This document shows positions 1 to 9,487 of a stretch of DNA of 64,000 nt, piece by piece; within the stretch, counting starts at the first letter, position 1, and each line of letters opens with the position of its first letter. Position numbers and translations under genes: made by a program. Below the pieces are notes generated by a model, which did not search any database, was not told where the DNA came from, and was given only the letters and a program-made list of their open reading frames with translations. Origin of the DNA: Nitrospirota bacterium (GTDB lineage: Bacteria > Nitrospirota > Thermodesulfovibrionia > Thermodesulfovibrionales > Dissulfurispiraceae); the NCBI GenBank assembly GCA_040754455.1, contig JBFMCP010000001.1:32001-96000 (forward strand). The letters are read 5' to 3'.

Positions 1-30
1 CGGTCGAGAGCGCAGAGACCCTCATAAGGG

Positions 31-486
31 TTATCGCCTCATCCCTCTCCTCGACCAGGCAGGCACACCCTTTTCATCTCTGAGCGTTATCACCTTGTCT
101 CCCTTCTTTATTTCTGCAGCGATGATCGCAGGGTTATCTCCTATTGTCACACGGGACCCTTTGACGGTGATCGTGTCGCCTTTTTCTATTTTGGTGTCGA
201 GCTTTTCGATATACCAGCCGGGACCGAGGTGAACAGGGATGGTCTCTTTGTCGGTCTTGAGTCGTACATGCACGCCATATGACATTCCCTTCAGGGGAAT
301 AATTTTATCGACAGCCTCTACAGTACCCGAGACAGTCTCGACCGTCGCGGGGTTATACATCCTTTGGTACTGCGTTCCCATACCCCATCCCCCCATGCCG
401 CGGCCCTTCATAGGCTGGGCAAACACCAGGGGAGCAAACAAAACCATTGAGACAGCAATGATAAGTCCTCCTACCCTTCTTCCCAT
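31..486 (-). CDS. Secreted OB-fold protein (MamS/MamX-domain-like, often annotated 'DNA-binding protein')
   Basis: Signal peptide (..APLVFA), Gly/Met-rich linker, VHLGPGWY...KGSRV...LRDEKGVPAW motif; SD GGAGG upstream of the TTG start. Confidence 0.7.
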   Translation of the reverse strand: MGRRVGGLIIAVSMVLFAPLVFAQPMKGRGMGGWGMGTQYQRMYNPATVETVSGTVEAVDKIIPLKGMSYGVHVRLKTDKETIPVHLGPGWYIEKLDTKIEKGDTITVKGSRVTIGDNPAIIAAEIKKGDKVITLRDEKGVPAWSRRGMRR

Positions 487-511
487 TGCAATACCTCCTT
501 ACTTTTAGTGT

Positions 512-886
512 TTATCTTCTTCCTCTGCTGCCTTCGCCACGCCTTTCTCTCTCAGGACCGGCCGACTTTCCTCGGTGCTCTCTGATGGACTCCCTTTCCC
601 GGATGCTCTCCCGCTCTCTTAATCTTTCCCGGTCATCGGTACGCCCGCCGTCTCCCCGGTACATCGGACCGAGATATTTTTCTTTCTCCTCAGGCGTCAT
701 ATCGTACATCCTCCTCTGCCACTCCCGTTCGTATGCCCTCTGCTCGTCGAAAGGAGCGTCTTTCATGCCCTCCCTCATTTTCGCGAGCTCATCCGTGGGG
801 ATAAGACTGTAGTCGGCGCCGGATGCCGAAGAGAGCGCCACCACCGTACCTGCGAGTATGATTGCGACGACCACTTTGATCATCAT
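512..886 (-). CDS. Secreted hypothetical protein, DUF1104-like, with Arg/Glu-rich repetitive tail
   Basis: Signal peptide, ADYSLIPTDELAKMR...REWQRRMYDMTPEEK, RERESI repeats; SD GGAGG. Confidence 0.6.
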   Translation of the reverse strand: MMIKVVVAIILAGTVVALSSASGADYSLIPTDELAKMREGMKDAPFDEQRAYEREWQRRMYDMTPEEKEKYLGPMYRGDGGRTDDRERLRERESIRERESIREHRGKSAGPERERRGEGSRGRR

Positions 887-952
887 CGTTTTATCCCTCC
901 TTGACTCTCGATTATGAACAGACCATAGCGACAGGTCTCTATTTAAATTCTC

Positions 953-974
953 TCACAAAAGGGCCCTTTTGTGA
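953..974. promoter_or_regulatory. Perfect 22-bp palindrome in divergent intergenic region (candidate operator)
   Basis: TCACAAAAGGG|CCCTTTTGTGA. Confidence 0.45.
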
Positions 975-1019
975 ACCAGCTGCAGCCTTCCTGCCGGAGT
1001 TCGCTCTGTTTGAGGGGCG

Positions 1020-1047
1020 TGTATGCTAAAATATTGTTTAGCATACA
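1020..1047 (+). promoter_or_regulatory. 11-bp inverted repeat overlapping an extended -10 element (candidate operator/promoter of the RACo gene)
   Basis: TGTATGCTAAA-N6-TTTAGCATACA; TGcTAAAAT at 1024-1032. Confidence 0.5.
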
Positions 1048-1068
1048 ATAGATTAGAGGTGAATTTTA

Positions 1069-2952
1069 ATGAATATACGTTTGACATCGGACGAGACGGT
1101 TCCCGTTCAGGAAGGCGAGGATATTTATACTGCCCTGAAAAAGGCGGGCATTTATCTTGTCGCTTCCTGCGGGGGGAAGGGCACCTGCGGCAAGTGCAGG
1201 GTCAGGATTATAGAGGGAGACCATGAGGTCGCCTCCTATGGGAAGCTTACCTCCCAGGAAAAGGAATCACGCCTCGTCCTCGCCTGCCAGACCGTTCCGA
1301 AAGGAGACATCCTTGCAGAGATACCGAAGGAGTCGCGTCTGGTCGTCGGCGACAAGATCGCCATTGCAAAGACCAAGAACCTCGTCGATTATCTGAAATC
1401 CTACGGTGTCGCCATAAATCCGCCGATCAAGAGAATCTCCCTCGAGCTGCCGCCGCCGACGATCAGCGATAATATCAGCGACCTCGAACGGCTGAAGCGG
1501 GCGCTCGCTGAAAAGGGGCTCGACAACCTCCGTTTCTCCCACCTCTTCGTCTCGACGATGGGGAAGATATTGAGAGAGGCGAACTGGAAGGTATCGCTTA
1601 CGTACGTGCCGATGAACGGAACAGGCGGCGAAGCAATCTTCATCACCGCCCCGGAACACTGCTCGCGACGGTTCGGCATTGCCGTTGATATCGGCACCAC
1701 GACCGTCGTGGTTTACCTCGTGAACCTCTCGACCGGAGAGATCGTCGATGTCGGTTCGACCTACAACTCCCAGATGCGCTATGGCGATGACGTCATTACG
1801 CGCATCGTCCATGCTACCGAAGGCAAAGGCCTGCATGAGCTGAGGGATGCGGTCGTAACTGACATCAACACGATTGTAACATCGCTGCTCGACCGCCACA
1901 GCATTCACGCCTGCGAGATCGATTCCGCAACCATCGCCGGCAACACCACCATGTCGCACATCTTCTGGGATATGGACCCGGGATCGATCAGGGAGGAACC
2001 CTACATCCCGGCGCTCAACCATTTCCCCCTCTGGAAGGCGGGCACGGCAAAGCTCTCGATCAATCCGCAGGCGCCGGTATATACCGTTCCCTGCGTCGCA
2101 AGTTATGTCGGCGGCGATATCGTTGCAGGGGTGCTCGCGTCGAAGATGCACCGCAGTCCCGAGATCGCCCTCTTCATGGATATCGGGACCAACGGCGAGA
2201 TCGCCCTCGGCAGCAACGAGTGGCTTATGACTGCCGCCTGTTCAGCCGGCCCCTGTTTCGAAGGGAGCGGCATACGGTGCGGCATGCGCGCGACGCCAGG
2301 TGCCATCGAGGCAGTGAAGATCGATAAAGAGACCTTCGAGCCGGAAATAAAGGTCATCGGCGGCGGTGTTCCCCTGGGCATCTGCGGCTCGGGGATGATC
2401 GATGCCGTATCCGAGATGTTCCTCACAGGTGTTATCGATCTGAAAGGGAAATTCATCAGCAGCACCACCGAAAGGATCCGCGACGGTGAGGAGGGTCCTG
2501 AATTCGTCTTCTACAAAGGCGACGGGCACCATAAAGACATCGTCCTCACCGAAGTCGATATCGAGAACCTGCTCAGGGCAAAGGCCGCCATTTACGCCGG
2601 CGTCACCACCCTGCTCGGAGAGGGCGGCTTTACCCTCGATATGATCGAAAAAGTGTACATCGCCGGCGGCTTCGGCAACTATATTAATGTAGAGAGGGCG
2701 ATCACCCTCGGCATGCTCCCCGATCTGCCGAAAGAGCGCTTCGTCTTTATGGGCAACACCTCCATCACCGGCGCCTATCTCTGCCTGCTCTCCGAAGAAT
2801 TGAGAAAAGAGGCTGAAGAGATCGCTGCAAAGATGACGTACATAGAATTGTCCGTATCGCGGAACTTCATGGATGAGTACATGTCCGCCCTCTTCCTTCC
2901 CCATACGGATATCACGCAGTTCCCGACCGTGGCGGAGCTGATGCAGAAATAG
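1069..2952 (+). CDS. ASKHA/DUF4445 reductive activator of corrinoid proteins (RACo/AcsV-like) with N-terminal 2Fe-2S ferredoxin domain
   Basis: CGGKGTCGKC...LACQ 2Fe-2S motif; DIGTTTVV, DIGTNGEI, AGPCFEG, GICGSG, IAGGFG motifs. Confidence 0.9.
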   Translation: MNIRLTSDETVPVQEGEDIYTALKKAGIYLVASCGGKGTCGKCRVRIIEGDHEVASYGKLTSQEKESRLVLACQTVPKGDILAEIPKESRLVVGDKIAIAKTKNLVDYLKSYGVAINPPIKRISLELPPPTISDNISDLERLKRALAEKGLDNLRFSHLFVSTMGKILREANWKVSLTYVPMNGTGGEAIFITAPEHCSRRFGIAVDIGTTTVVVYLVNLSTGEIVDVGSTYNSQMRYGDDVITRIVHATEGKGLHELRDAVVTDINTIVTSLLDRHSIHACEIDSATIAGNTTMSHIFWDMDPGSIREEPYIPALNHFPLWKAGTAKLSINPQAPVYTVPCVASYVGGDIVAGVLASKMHRSPEIALFMDIGTNGEIALGSNEWLMTAACSAGPCFEGSGIRCGMRATPGAIEAVKIDKETFEPEIKVIGGGVPLGICGSGMIDAVSEMFLTGVIDLKGKFISSTTERIRDGEEGPEFVFYKGDGHHKDIVLTEVDIENLLRAKAAIYAGVTTLLGEGGFTLDMIEKVYIAGGFGNYINVERAITLGMLPDLPKERFVFMGNTSITGAYLCLLSEELRKEAEEIAAKMTYIELSVSRNFMDEYMSALFLPHTDITQFPTVAELMQK

Positions 2953-2971
2953 CGTGTACAATTAATACGGC

Positions 2972-5104
2972 ATGGGCTTTTTTCTTGACATAAAGAGGGA
3001 CTTCAGGGCGGTCTTCGAGCGCGACCCAGCGGCGCGGAATATCGTCGAGGTGCTCATCACCTATCCCGGCCTCCACGCCATTATCATACATCGCTTCAGC
3101 CATGCGCTCTGGAAATTGAAGATTCCGGTGATCCCGCGTCTGCTGTCGCATATCGGACGCTTTCTGACCGGTATCGAAATACATCCCGCAGCACGGATAG
3201 GACCGGGCTTCTTTATCGACCATGGGATGGGCGTGGTGATCGGCGAGACGACGGAGGTAGGCGAGGATTGTCTTCTCTATCAGGGCGTGACCCTCGGCGG
3301 TACGGGGAAAGAAAAAGGGAAGAGGCACCCTACCCTTGCGGACAACGTGGTCGTCGGCGCCGGTGCAAAGATTCTGGGGCCCATACGGATCGGCAGTCGC
3401 GTGAAGATCGGCGCCAATTCCGTCGTGTTGAAGCCTGTTCCCGATGATGCCATTGTCGTCGGCGTGCCGGGCAGGATCATAAAGAAAAAGATATATAGAA
3501 TAGAAGAGCGGGGCCCTGTCGAAGCGCTCGACCATGTACGGCTCCCCGATCCTATGGATGAGAAGTTCCAGGAACTGATGGACCACATCGAACGGCTCGA
3601 AACAAGGCTGGAAAAGATAGAGGGTAAAGGAGGAAGGATGAAGATCTACAACACCATGACGGGCAGGAAAGAGGACTTCATGCCGCTCTCGGACAAAAGG
3701 GTCGGGATCTATGCCTGCGGCGTCACGGTCTACGATTACTGTCATATCGGCCATGCACGGAGCGTTATCGTCTTCGATGTCATAAAGCGGTATCTCGCCT
3801 ACAAGGGGTTCGATGTGAAGTACGTGAGAAACTTCACCGACATCGACGACAAGATCATCAAGAGGTCCCATGAAGAATGCCTCACCTGGGACGAGGTGGC
3901 AAGAAAATATATCAGGGAATACTACGTCGATATGGACCGGCTCGGCGTTGCACGGGCGGATGTGGAGCCGAAGGCGACCGAGCATATCAGTGAGATGATC
4001 GATGTCATCAAGGCCCTTATCGAAAAAGGCCATGCGTATGAATCCGAGGGGAGCGTCTACTTCTCGGTCGATTCGTTTCCCGAGTATGGAAAACTTTCCA
4101 AGAAAGAGCAAAAGGACCTCCTCGCCGGAGCCCGCGTCGATGTTGAGGAAAAGAAAAAGAACCCTTCCGACTTCGCGCTCTGGAAGGCATCGAAACCGGG
4201 AGAGCCCTGGTGGGAGAGCCCCTGGGGCAAAGGCAGGCCCGGCTGGCATATCGAATGCACGGCGATGGCGATCAAGCACCTGGGTGAATCCATCGATATC
4301 CATGGCGGCGGCGCAGACCTCATCTTTCCCCATCACGAAAACGAGATCGCACAGTCCGAGGCCTACACCGGCAGACCGTTTGCCAAATACTGGGTACATA
4401 ACGGCTTCATCACCATCGACAAGGAAAAGATGTCGAAATCGCTCGGCAATTTCTTTACCATCCGCGAGATCCTCGACAAGTTCGACCCCGAGGTAGTCAG
4501 ACTCTTCATCCTCTCGAGCCACTACCGCAGCCCTATAGAATTCTCGAACGAACAGCTCAGGGATACCGAATCCTCGCTCGATAGATGCTATACCACTATT
4601 GCGAGGATCAACGATTTCCTCGCAGGTGTTCCGGCATCCTCTTCGAAAGCACAGAAGAGCAGCGAAACACACACGGAACTTGAGTCTGCGCTCAACGCCT
4701 TCAAAGACCGCTTTGAAGAAGCAATGGACGATGACTTCAATACCGCTCTTGCCATCGGCCATGTGTTCGAACTGATACGAATCATCAATAAATTCCTCGA
4801 TGCAAAGCCCTCGCGAGAGGAAGACCAGAAACTAATACTACGGGCCAAGGACACCCTGCGCACTGCCGGCGATGTCCTTAATCTCTTCCACAGGACACCG
4901 GCCCAATGGAATATCGATCTCCTGGCGATCAAACGGATTCCCCTCACACACGCCGAGATCGAACGGAAGATCAGCGACCGACGGATCGCCCGACAGAACA
5001 AGGATTGGACGCTTGCCGATGCAATCAGGAAAGAGCTTGAGGAGAAGGGAATACTTCTCGAAGATAAAAAGAGCGGGACGGACTGGAAGGTAAAAATCGT
5101 CTAA
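2972..5104 (+). CDS. cysE-cysS: Fused serine O-acetyltransferase (CysE) / cysteine--tRNA ligase (CysS)
   Basis: N-terminal [32 protein letters not shown] hexapeptide domain; from codon 223 [28 protein letters not shown]; no stop between the domains. Confidence 0.93.
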   Translation: MGFFLDIKRDFRAVFERDPAARNIVEVLITYPGLHAIIIHRFSHALWKLKIPVIPRLLSHIGRFLTGIEIHPAARIGPGFFIDHGMGVVIGETTEVGEDCLLYQGVTLGGTGKEKGKRHPTLADNVVVGAGAKILGPIRIGSRVKIGANSVVLKPVPDDAIVVGVPGRIIKKKIYRIEERGPVEALDHVRLPDPMDEKFQELMDHIERLETRLEKIEGKGGRMKIYNTMTGRKEDFMPLSDKRVGIYACGVTVYDYCHIGHARSVIVFDVIKRYLAYKGFDVKYVRNFTDIDDKIIKRSHEECLTWDEVARKYIREYYVDMDRLGVARADVEPKATEHISEMIDVIKALIEKGHAYESEGSVYFSVDSFPEYGKLSKKEQKDLLAGARVDVEEKKKNPSDFALWKASKPGEPWWESPWGKGRPGWHIECTAMAIKHLGESIDIHGGGADLIFPHHENEIAQSEAYTGRPFAKYWVHNGFITIDKEKMSKSLGNFFTIREILDKFDPEVVRLFILSSHYRSPIEFSNEQLRDTESSLDRCYTTIARINDFLAGVPASSSKAQKSSETHTELESALNAFKDRFEEAMDDDFNTALAIGHVFELIRIINKFLDAKPSREEDQKLILRAKDTLRTAGDVLNLFHRTPAQWNIDLLAIKRIPLTHAEIERKISDRRIARQNKDWTLADAIRKELEEKGILLEDKKSGTDWKVKIV

Positions 5105-5109
5105 CTACC

Positions 5110-5248
5110 GTTTCAGGTTTCAAGGTGAGAGTTTCAAGTTAAAGAAGAATAAGAGGTTCATCTTCTTTTCGCCGCAATGGTACACTTTAAACTCAAAAAA
5201 TATTCTTTATGCTTTTGACTACAAACCTGAAACCCGAAACCTGAAACT
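5110..5248. repeat. Heptamer-period inverted repeat element (GTTTCAR)n ... (AAACCYG)n
   Basis: GTTTCAG GTTTCAA GGTGAGA GTTTCAA (5110-5137) and AAACCTG AAACCCG AAACCTG AAACT (5223-5248). Confidence 0.75.
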
Positions 5249-5253
5249 ATTAT

Positions 5254-6012
5254 ATGAGAGACCGAGAAGAAAAAGGAGCATGGATCTATGGCATCAATCC
5301 CGTCGCTGAAGCCGTCAAATCAGGGCGGATGATCACCGCCCTTTATGTCCACGAGCAAAGCCGCGGGCACAAACCTGTGCGCAAGATTCTCGATGCGGCA
5401 AAAGCAGCGGGCGTCCCGATAAAATTTGAGAAGAAAGAATTCTTCGAATCCCGCTTTCAAAAGGGGCATCAAGGCGTTGCAGCACTGACAGGGAAGAAAA
5501 AGACAATAAGCATAGAAGAATTACTCGAAATTCCTGCATCAAGAAACGAACCCCCTTTCTTTATCATCCTCGATGGCATCGAGGACCCGAGAAACTTCGG
5601 CGCAATCCTGCGTGTCGCCGATGCGTCCGGGGCGCACGGCGTCGTATTCCAGAGCCGCCGGTCGGCAGGCATTACGCCTGTCGTTGCCAAAGCATCGGCC
5701 GGGGCGCTGGAACACGTCAATCTTGCCGAGGCCGTCAACATCAAGCACGCCATGGAGAAGATGAAAAAGGCGGACATCACCATCATCGGTGCAGAGGCTG
5801 ATACGGAGCTGACGGTCTGGGATGTTGATCTGAGGGCACCTCTTGCCCTCGTCGTCGGCTCTGAAGGCGAAGGATTGCGGCGCACCGTACGGGAGATGTG
5901 CGATCACATAGTGCGGCTGCCCATGAAAGGGACCGTCAACTCGCTCAATGTGTCGGTTGCAACCGGAATCCTCTCTTATGAAATAATGCGGCAACGAAAT
6001 AAGCGCAGTTGA
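5254..6012 (+). CDS. rlmB: 23S rRNA (G2251-2'-O)-methyltransferase RlmB
   Basis: IYGINPV, HQGV, LDGIEDPRNFGAILR, GSEGEG, SLNVSVA SpoU motifs; usual position after cysS. Confidence 0.92.
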   Translation: MRDREEKGAWIYGINPVAEAVKSGRMITALYVHEQSRGHKPVRKILDAAKAAGVPIKFEKKEFFESRFQKGHQGVAALTGKKKTISIEELLEIPASRNEPPFFIILDGIEDPRNFGAILRVADASGAHGVVFQSRRSAGITPVVAKASAGALEHVNLAEAVNIKHAMEKMKKADITIIGAEADTELTVWDVDLRAPLALVVGSEGEGLRRTVREMCDHIVRLPMKGTVNSLNVSVATGILSYEIMRQRNKRS

Positions 6013-6032
6013 TATAAGAGCGGTCAAACACC

Positions 6033-6647
6033 ATGAAATACAGAATCGATCTACATGTCCATTCAAAATACAGCGGCGACAATGATGCCGAGCCCGAGGA
6101 ATTGATCGACCAGGCCATCAGGCTGAACCTGTACGGGATCGCCTTCACCGAGCACTATTCCTATGAGGCATCGGCGTTCGTCGAGCTCCTCCGGGAAAAA
6201 TACGGTGATAGGATCAGACTATTAAGGGGCGTCGAGCTTTCGGTAATCGAGGGACATTGCCTCGTCTTCGGCATCGACACCGACCGCCTCTCGTTGAAAG
6301 ATGCATCCATCACCGAAGTGGTGAAAGCGGTCAACCGCAGCGGAGGCGTGGTCATCCCTTCACACCCCTACCGAAAAGGAAACAGCCTGGGTGATATAGT
6401 GCAGCAGGTTTGGGGCTTCTGCGCGCTCGAAGGCTATAACGGCGCCAACATGCAAGCCTATAATGAAAAGGCGATCGCAACGGCGAGGCTGCTCGACTTA
6501 CGTTACACCGGAGGTTCCGACGCGCATGCGCCGAAAGAGGTGGGCCTCTGTGTCACCGAGTTCGACGACGCAATTACCTATGACAATTTCACCGAGATAT
6601 TGAAGCGCGGGCACTACCAGGGAATCGACTGCCGCAGGAAAAAATAA
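6033..6647 (+). CDS. PHP-domain protein (metal-dependent phosphoesterase)
   Basis: DLHVHS, AFTEH, GHCL, SHPYR, GGSDAH. Confidence 0.85.
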   Translation: MKYRIDLHVHSKYSGDNDAEPEELIDQAIRLNLYGIAFTEHYSYEASAFVELLREKYGDRIRLLRGVELSVIEGHCLVFGIDTDRLSLKDASITEVVKAVNRSGGVVIPSHPYRKGNSLGDIVQQVWGFCALEGYNGANMQAYNEKAIATARLLDLRYTGGSDAHAPKEVGLCVTEFDDAITYDNFTEILKRGHYQGIDCRRKK

Positions 6648-6690
6648 ACACACCGCACATGAAGCAGGCAGGAGTGCGGTGTGTTTGTTC
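6646..6690. terminator. Probable intrinsic terminator between convergent genes
   Basis: 13-bp stem AAACACACCGCAC / GTGCGGTGTGTTT. Confidence 0.65.
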
Positions 6691-6744
6691 CCGGAAACCG
6701 GCGGGGGGCACCGGTTGCCTCGGGTAAAACAGGAGCGTGGCAGG

Positions 6745-7191
6745 TTATGCGCTTGCCATCTGCTCTTTCTTCATTGACTCCATTTCGCTGCCCATAGTGT
6801 CGAGCTGGCTGCTTTCAAGGAGGTTCTGCGCCTTTGTGAAGAGATCTCCCTCTTCCTCCTCAATATGGTGCTCCACGTTCTCCTTAAGCACAGAGAGCTT
6901 GGCAAACCATTTCTCATCCTTGCTCTTGAGGCTGCTCATTTCTTTAAGGATCAGCTTTGCCACATGGTGCTCTTCGATCCCTTCGAGGATCATGGTATGG
7001 GTCTCGTCGTTATCCTTGAGCGCGGGGTAGAATATCGATTCCTCTCCCGACATGTGTATTTCAAGTTCCTGGCTCAGATTGCTGAAAAGCTTGTCAATGT
7101 CACTGCTTTTGCCCTCTTCCATCGATTCCAGCTTGTCGAACAGCTGCAGTGCCTCCTCATGGTCTTTCTTAAGCAATTCGATAATATTCAT
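6745..7191 (-). CDS. Hemerythrin/HHE cation-binding domain protein
   Basis: LKKDH, HMSGEESIFYP, EEHHVAK, HHIEEEE; SD GAGGAGG before the ATG at 7191. Confidence 0.88.
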   Translation of the reverse strand: MNIIELLKKDHEEALQLFDKLESMEEGKSSDIDKLFSNLSQELEIHMSGEESIFYPALKDNDETHTMILEGIEEHHVAKLILKEMSSLKSKDEKWFAKLSVLKENVEHHIEEEEGDLFTKAQNLLESSQLDTMGSEMESMKKEQMASA

Positions 7192-7237
7192 TGCTGCCTC
7201 CTCTTGGCCGTTATATTCGTTCATAAGGCACAACCGC

Positions 7238-7474
7238 TCACTCCTCTTTACTCCTCCATTGACCGCTCTCGGTCTTCCTGTATTTCTTTTTCATCGCTGC
7301 CCAGGCGACCTTGTGCGCCGTTGCCTCCTGAGACTCCTTCCCTCGCCGTTTCTTCGGGCTCTTGTATTCTTCAAGGGCCTTGTCGTGCGCTTTCTGATAA
7401 ATTTCTTTTGCATGTCCCGGCAATTTGCTCTTCGGTCCTTTCGGCAGATTTTTTACACTCCCCTCACGTGGCAT
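7238..7474 (-). CDS. chaB: ChaB family protein
   Basis: LPGHAKEIY..A..A...AHKVAWAAMKKKY..GQW. Confidence 0.9.
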   Translation of the reverse strand: MPREGSVKNLPKGPKSKLPGHAKEIYQKAHDKALEEYKSPKKRRGKESQEATAHKVAWAAMKKKYRKTESGQWRSKEE

Positions 7475-7492
7475 AGACCCTCCTTGTTCTGC

Positions 7493-8347
7493 TTATCCGT
7501 TTACAATTTCACCGCCGTTTGGATGCAGCACCTGCCCGGTCATGTAGGAAGCATCCCTCGATGCCAGAAAAACGAAGCATGGGGCGACCTCATCGGGCTG
7601 CCCGGCGCGTTGCAGCGGCACATTGCCGCCGAACTCTGATACATGTTCTGGTGAGAAGCTCGCAGGAATCAGCGGCGTCCAGATCGGCCCCGGCGCAACG
7701 GCGTTCACTCGGATGCCTTTGTCTGCCAGCGCTTTTGAGAGGGACCGGGTGAAAGAGACGATGGCACCCTTGGTCGATGAATAATCGAGCAGGGTCGGAT
7801 TGCCCCGGTATGCCGTCACAGAGGTGGTATTGATGATCGCGCTTCCTCCTTTCAGGTATTTCATTGCCGCCTTGGTCATAAAGAAATAGGAAAAGATATT
7901 GGTGCGAAAGGTACGCTCCAGCTGCTCCGCGGTAATCGCTTCAATACTCTCCCGTTCATGCTGTTCAGCCGCATTGTTCACCAGAATATCAAGCCTGCCG
8001 AAAGCGCGTACGGTCTTTTCAACCGATTCCCGGCAAAATGCTTCATCACCCACATCTCCGGCAATCGTAATGCAGCGCCGGCCCTCCTTCTCGACGAGCC
8101 TCCTGGTCTCTTCGGCATCCTGATGCTCGTTCAGATAGACGACGGCGATATCGGCGCCCTCCTTTGCAAAGGCAATGGCAGTCGCCCGTCCGATACCGCT
8201 CTCGCCTCCGGTGATGAGTGCTGCTTTATTCATAAGCTTGCCGCTGCCGCGATATTCAGGACGCTCCGCCTCGGGACGGGGCGTCATCTCAGCTTCGATA
8301 CCGGGCTGCCGTTCCTGCTTCTGGGGCGGCTGCTTCTTCTGTGGCAT
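7493..8347 (-). CDS. SDR oxidoreductase, general stress protein YdaD/YghA type
   Basis: PPQKQERQPGIE N-terminus, ITGGESGIG, NNAA, YSSTKGA, PGPIWTPL; SD before the ATG at 8347. Confidence 0.9.
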   Translation of the reverse strand: MPQKKQPPQKQERQPGIEAEMTPRPEAERPEYRGSGKLMNKAALITGGESGIGRATAIAFAKEGADIAVVYLNEHQDAEETRRLVEKEGRRCITIAGDVGDEAFCRESVEKTVRAFGRLDILVNNAAEQHERESIEAITAEQLERTFRTNIFSYFFMTKAAMKYLKGGSAIINTTSVTAYRGNPTLLDYSSTKGAIVSFTRSLSKALADKGIRVNAVAPGPIWTPLIPASFSPEHVSEFGGNVPLQRAGQPDEVAPCFVFLASRDASYMTGQVLHPNGGEIVNG

Positions 8348-8589
8348 CCCTCCTCCTTTACCGGCGGCATTCGGTGTGTACTTCAAAAGATAAAAGCACC
8401 TCACCTGCTTATGCTGTGCAGGATACTGTTAGGAAGTATGCTCCTGTTGAGCTAGAAAGATTGCTGGATACTGTAAAGTCCGGATGATCTTTGGAAGATG
8501 GAGATCCTGACGTATATTCCTACTTAAATTTGAGCATAAAAAAAGTCGAAAAGCAATATGGAATTTGCATTAGGGTGTGCATACACACC

Positions 8590-9234
8590 CTAGGTAAGCG
8601 GCCGCTCCGCTTCATATCGATCAACCCCGCGGTACTGTCCACCTCTGAGGACATCGAGAAAGTTTTCATAGGTGACGGGAACAAAGAATTCGGTATAGCA
8701 GCTGCCCACTTCATCAATTCTGTGTGAATCACTTCCCCCTGTGGTCGGCAGGCGCAAGGCCTGCGCCGCCTGCACGGCCTTTTCGTTCTCGGTGCGGTTG
8801 TTGTGATGGTTGTATGCCTCTATCGCACAAATGCCGTTGAGGCCGGAGAGATCGATGCGGAGCAGCGACCATTCCCGGAAAGGGTGAGGGATGATAATAA
8901 GACATTTTTGCTCGGCAACGATTTTTATAACCTCTCTAATGGGCGCATTTTGTTCGGCCGCAAGCAAGCGATCGTCCCTGATCCCGAAGATCAGCACATG
9001 CCCCTCTGCAGATGAATATTCCATTCCACGAAAAATTTTGATCGAGCCGTTATATCTCTCTTTCAACCGTTCAACAGGCTCCGATGCCTCATACGAGTTA
9101 TGCTCGGTAAAGGCGATGCCGTCCAGGCCGAGCTCGAGAGCCCGCTCTACGGATTCTTCAGGACTGACGGTGCTGTCCTCGCTGTAGTACGAGTGGTTAT
9201 GCATGTCGATTTTAAACACGTTATTACTCCTCAT
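8590..9234 (-). CDS. PHP-domain protein (second paralog)
   Basis: DMHNHS, AFTEHN, GHVL, PHPFR, GGSDSH. Confidence 0.85.
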   Translation of the reverse strand: MRSNNVFKIDMHNHSYYSEDSTVSPEESVERALELGLDGIAFTEHNSYEASEPVERLKERYNGSIKIFRGMEYSSAEGHVLIFGIRDDRLLAAEQNAPIREVIKIVAEQKCLIIIPHPFREWSLLRIDLSGLNGICAIEAYNHHNNRTENEKAVQAAQALRLPTTGGSDSHRIDEVGSCYTEFFVPVTYENFLDVLRGGQYRGVDRYEAERPLT

Positions 9235-9487
9235 CCATTATCCTATAGTTAACCTTTTTCATTATTCATAAACTACATGGCACATGCAAAGCAGTCGGGG
9301 AGGGGTGCAGAAAGGAGGCTTTCTCGCGCTTCCTTATTCTTCCACAAACGAAACAAACTCTGATACCAGATATCTTAAATAAGGGAGTAATGCAGATCTG
9401 TTCCAATAGATGCGCATGAGAAAGCTCCTTGAAGTGCCCCTCCCTGACTGCTCGTCCTAAGCCCTGAACTATTTATCTGAGCTGCGA

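Noticed and set aside
31..486. Magnetosome island inferred from the MamS/MamX-like domain
   Set aside because: No CXXCH magnetochrome motifs and no other mam genes in the window; the domain also occurs in non-magnetotactic bacteria.
2912..4762. 616-aa ORF on the minus strand (and similar long shadow ORFs opposite RACo, nifD, nifK, dnaK, the kinase)
   Set aside because: Antisense shadows of well-supported genes with biased codon use; no motifs of their own.
8416..8478. GGATACTGT direct repeat upstream of the SDR gene and a 12-nt match near 25923
   Set aside because: Matches this short are expected by chance in 64 kb; no further support.
9278..9293. Sigma-54-like TGGCAC-N5-AAGC on the + strand
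   Set aside because: The -12 element is poor and there is no credible + strand gene downstream.
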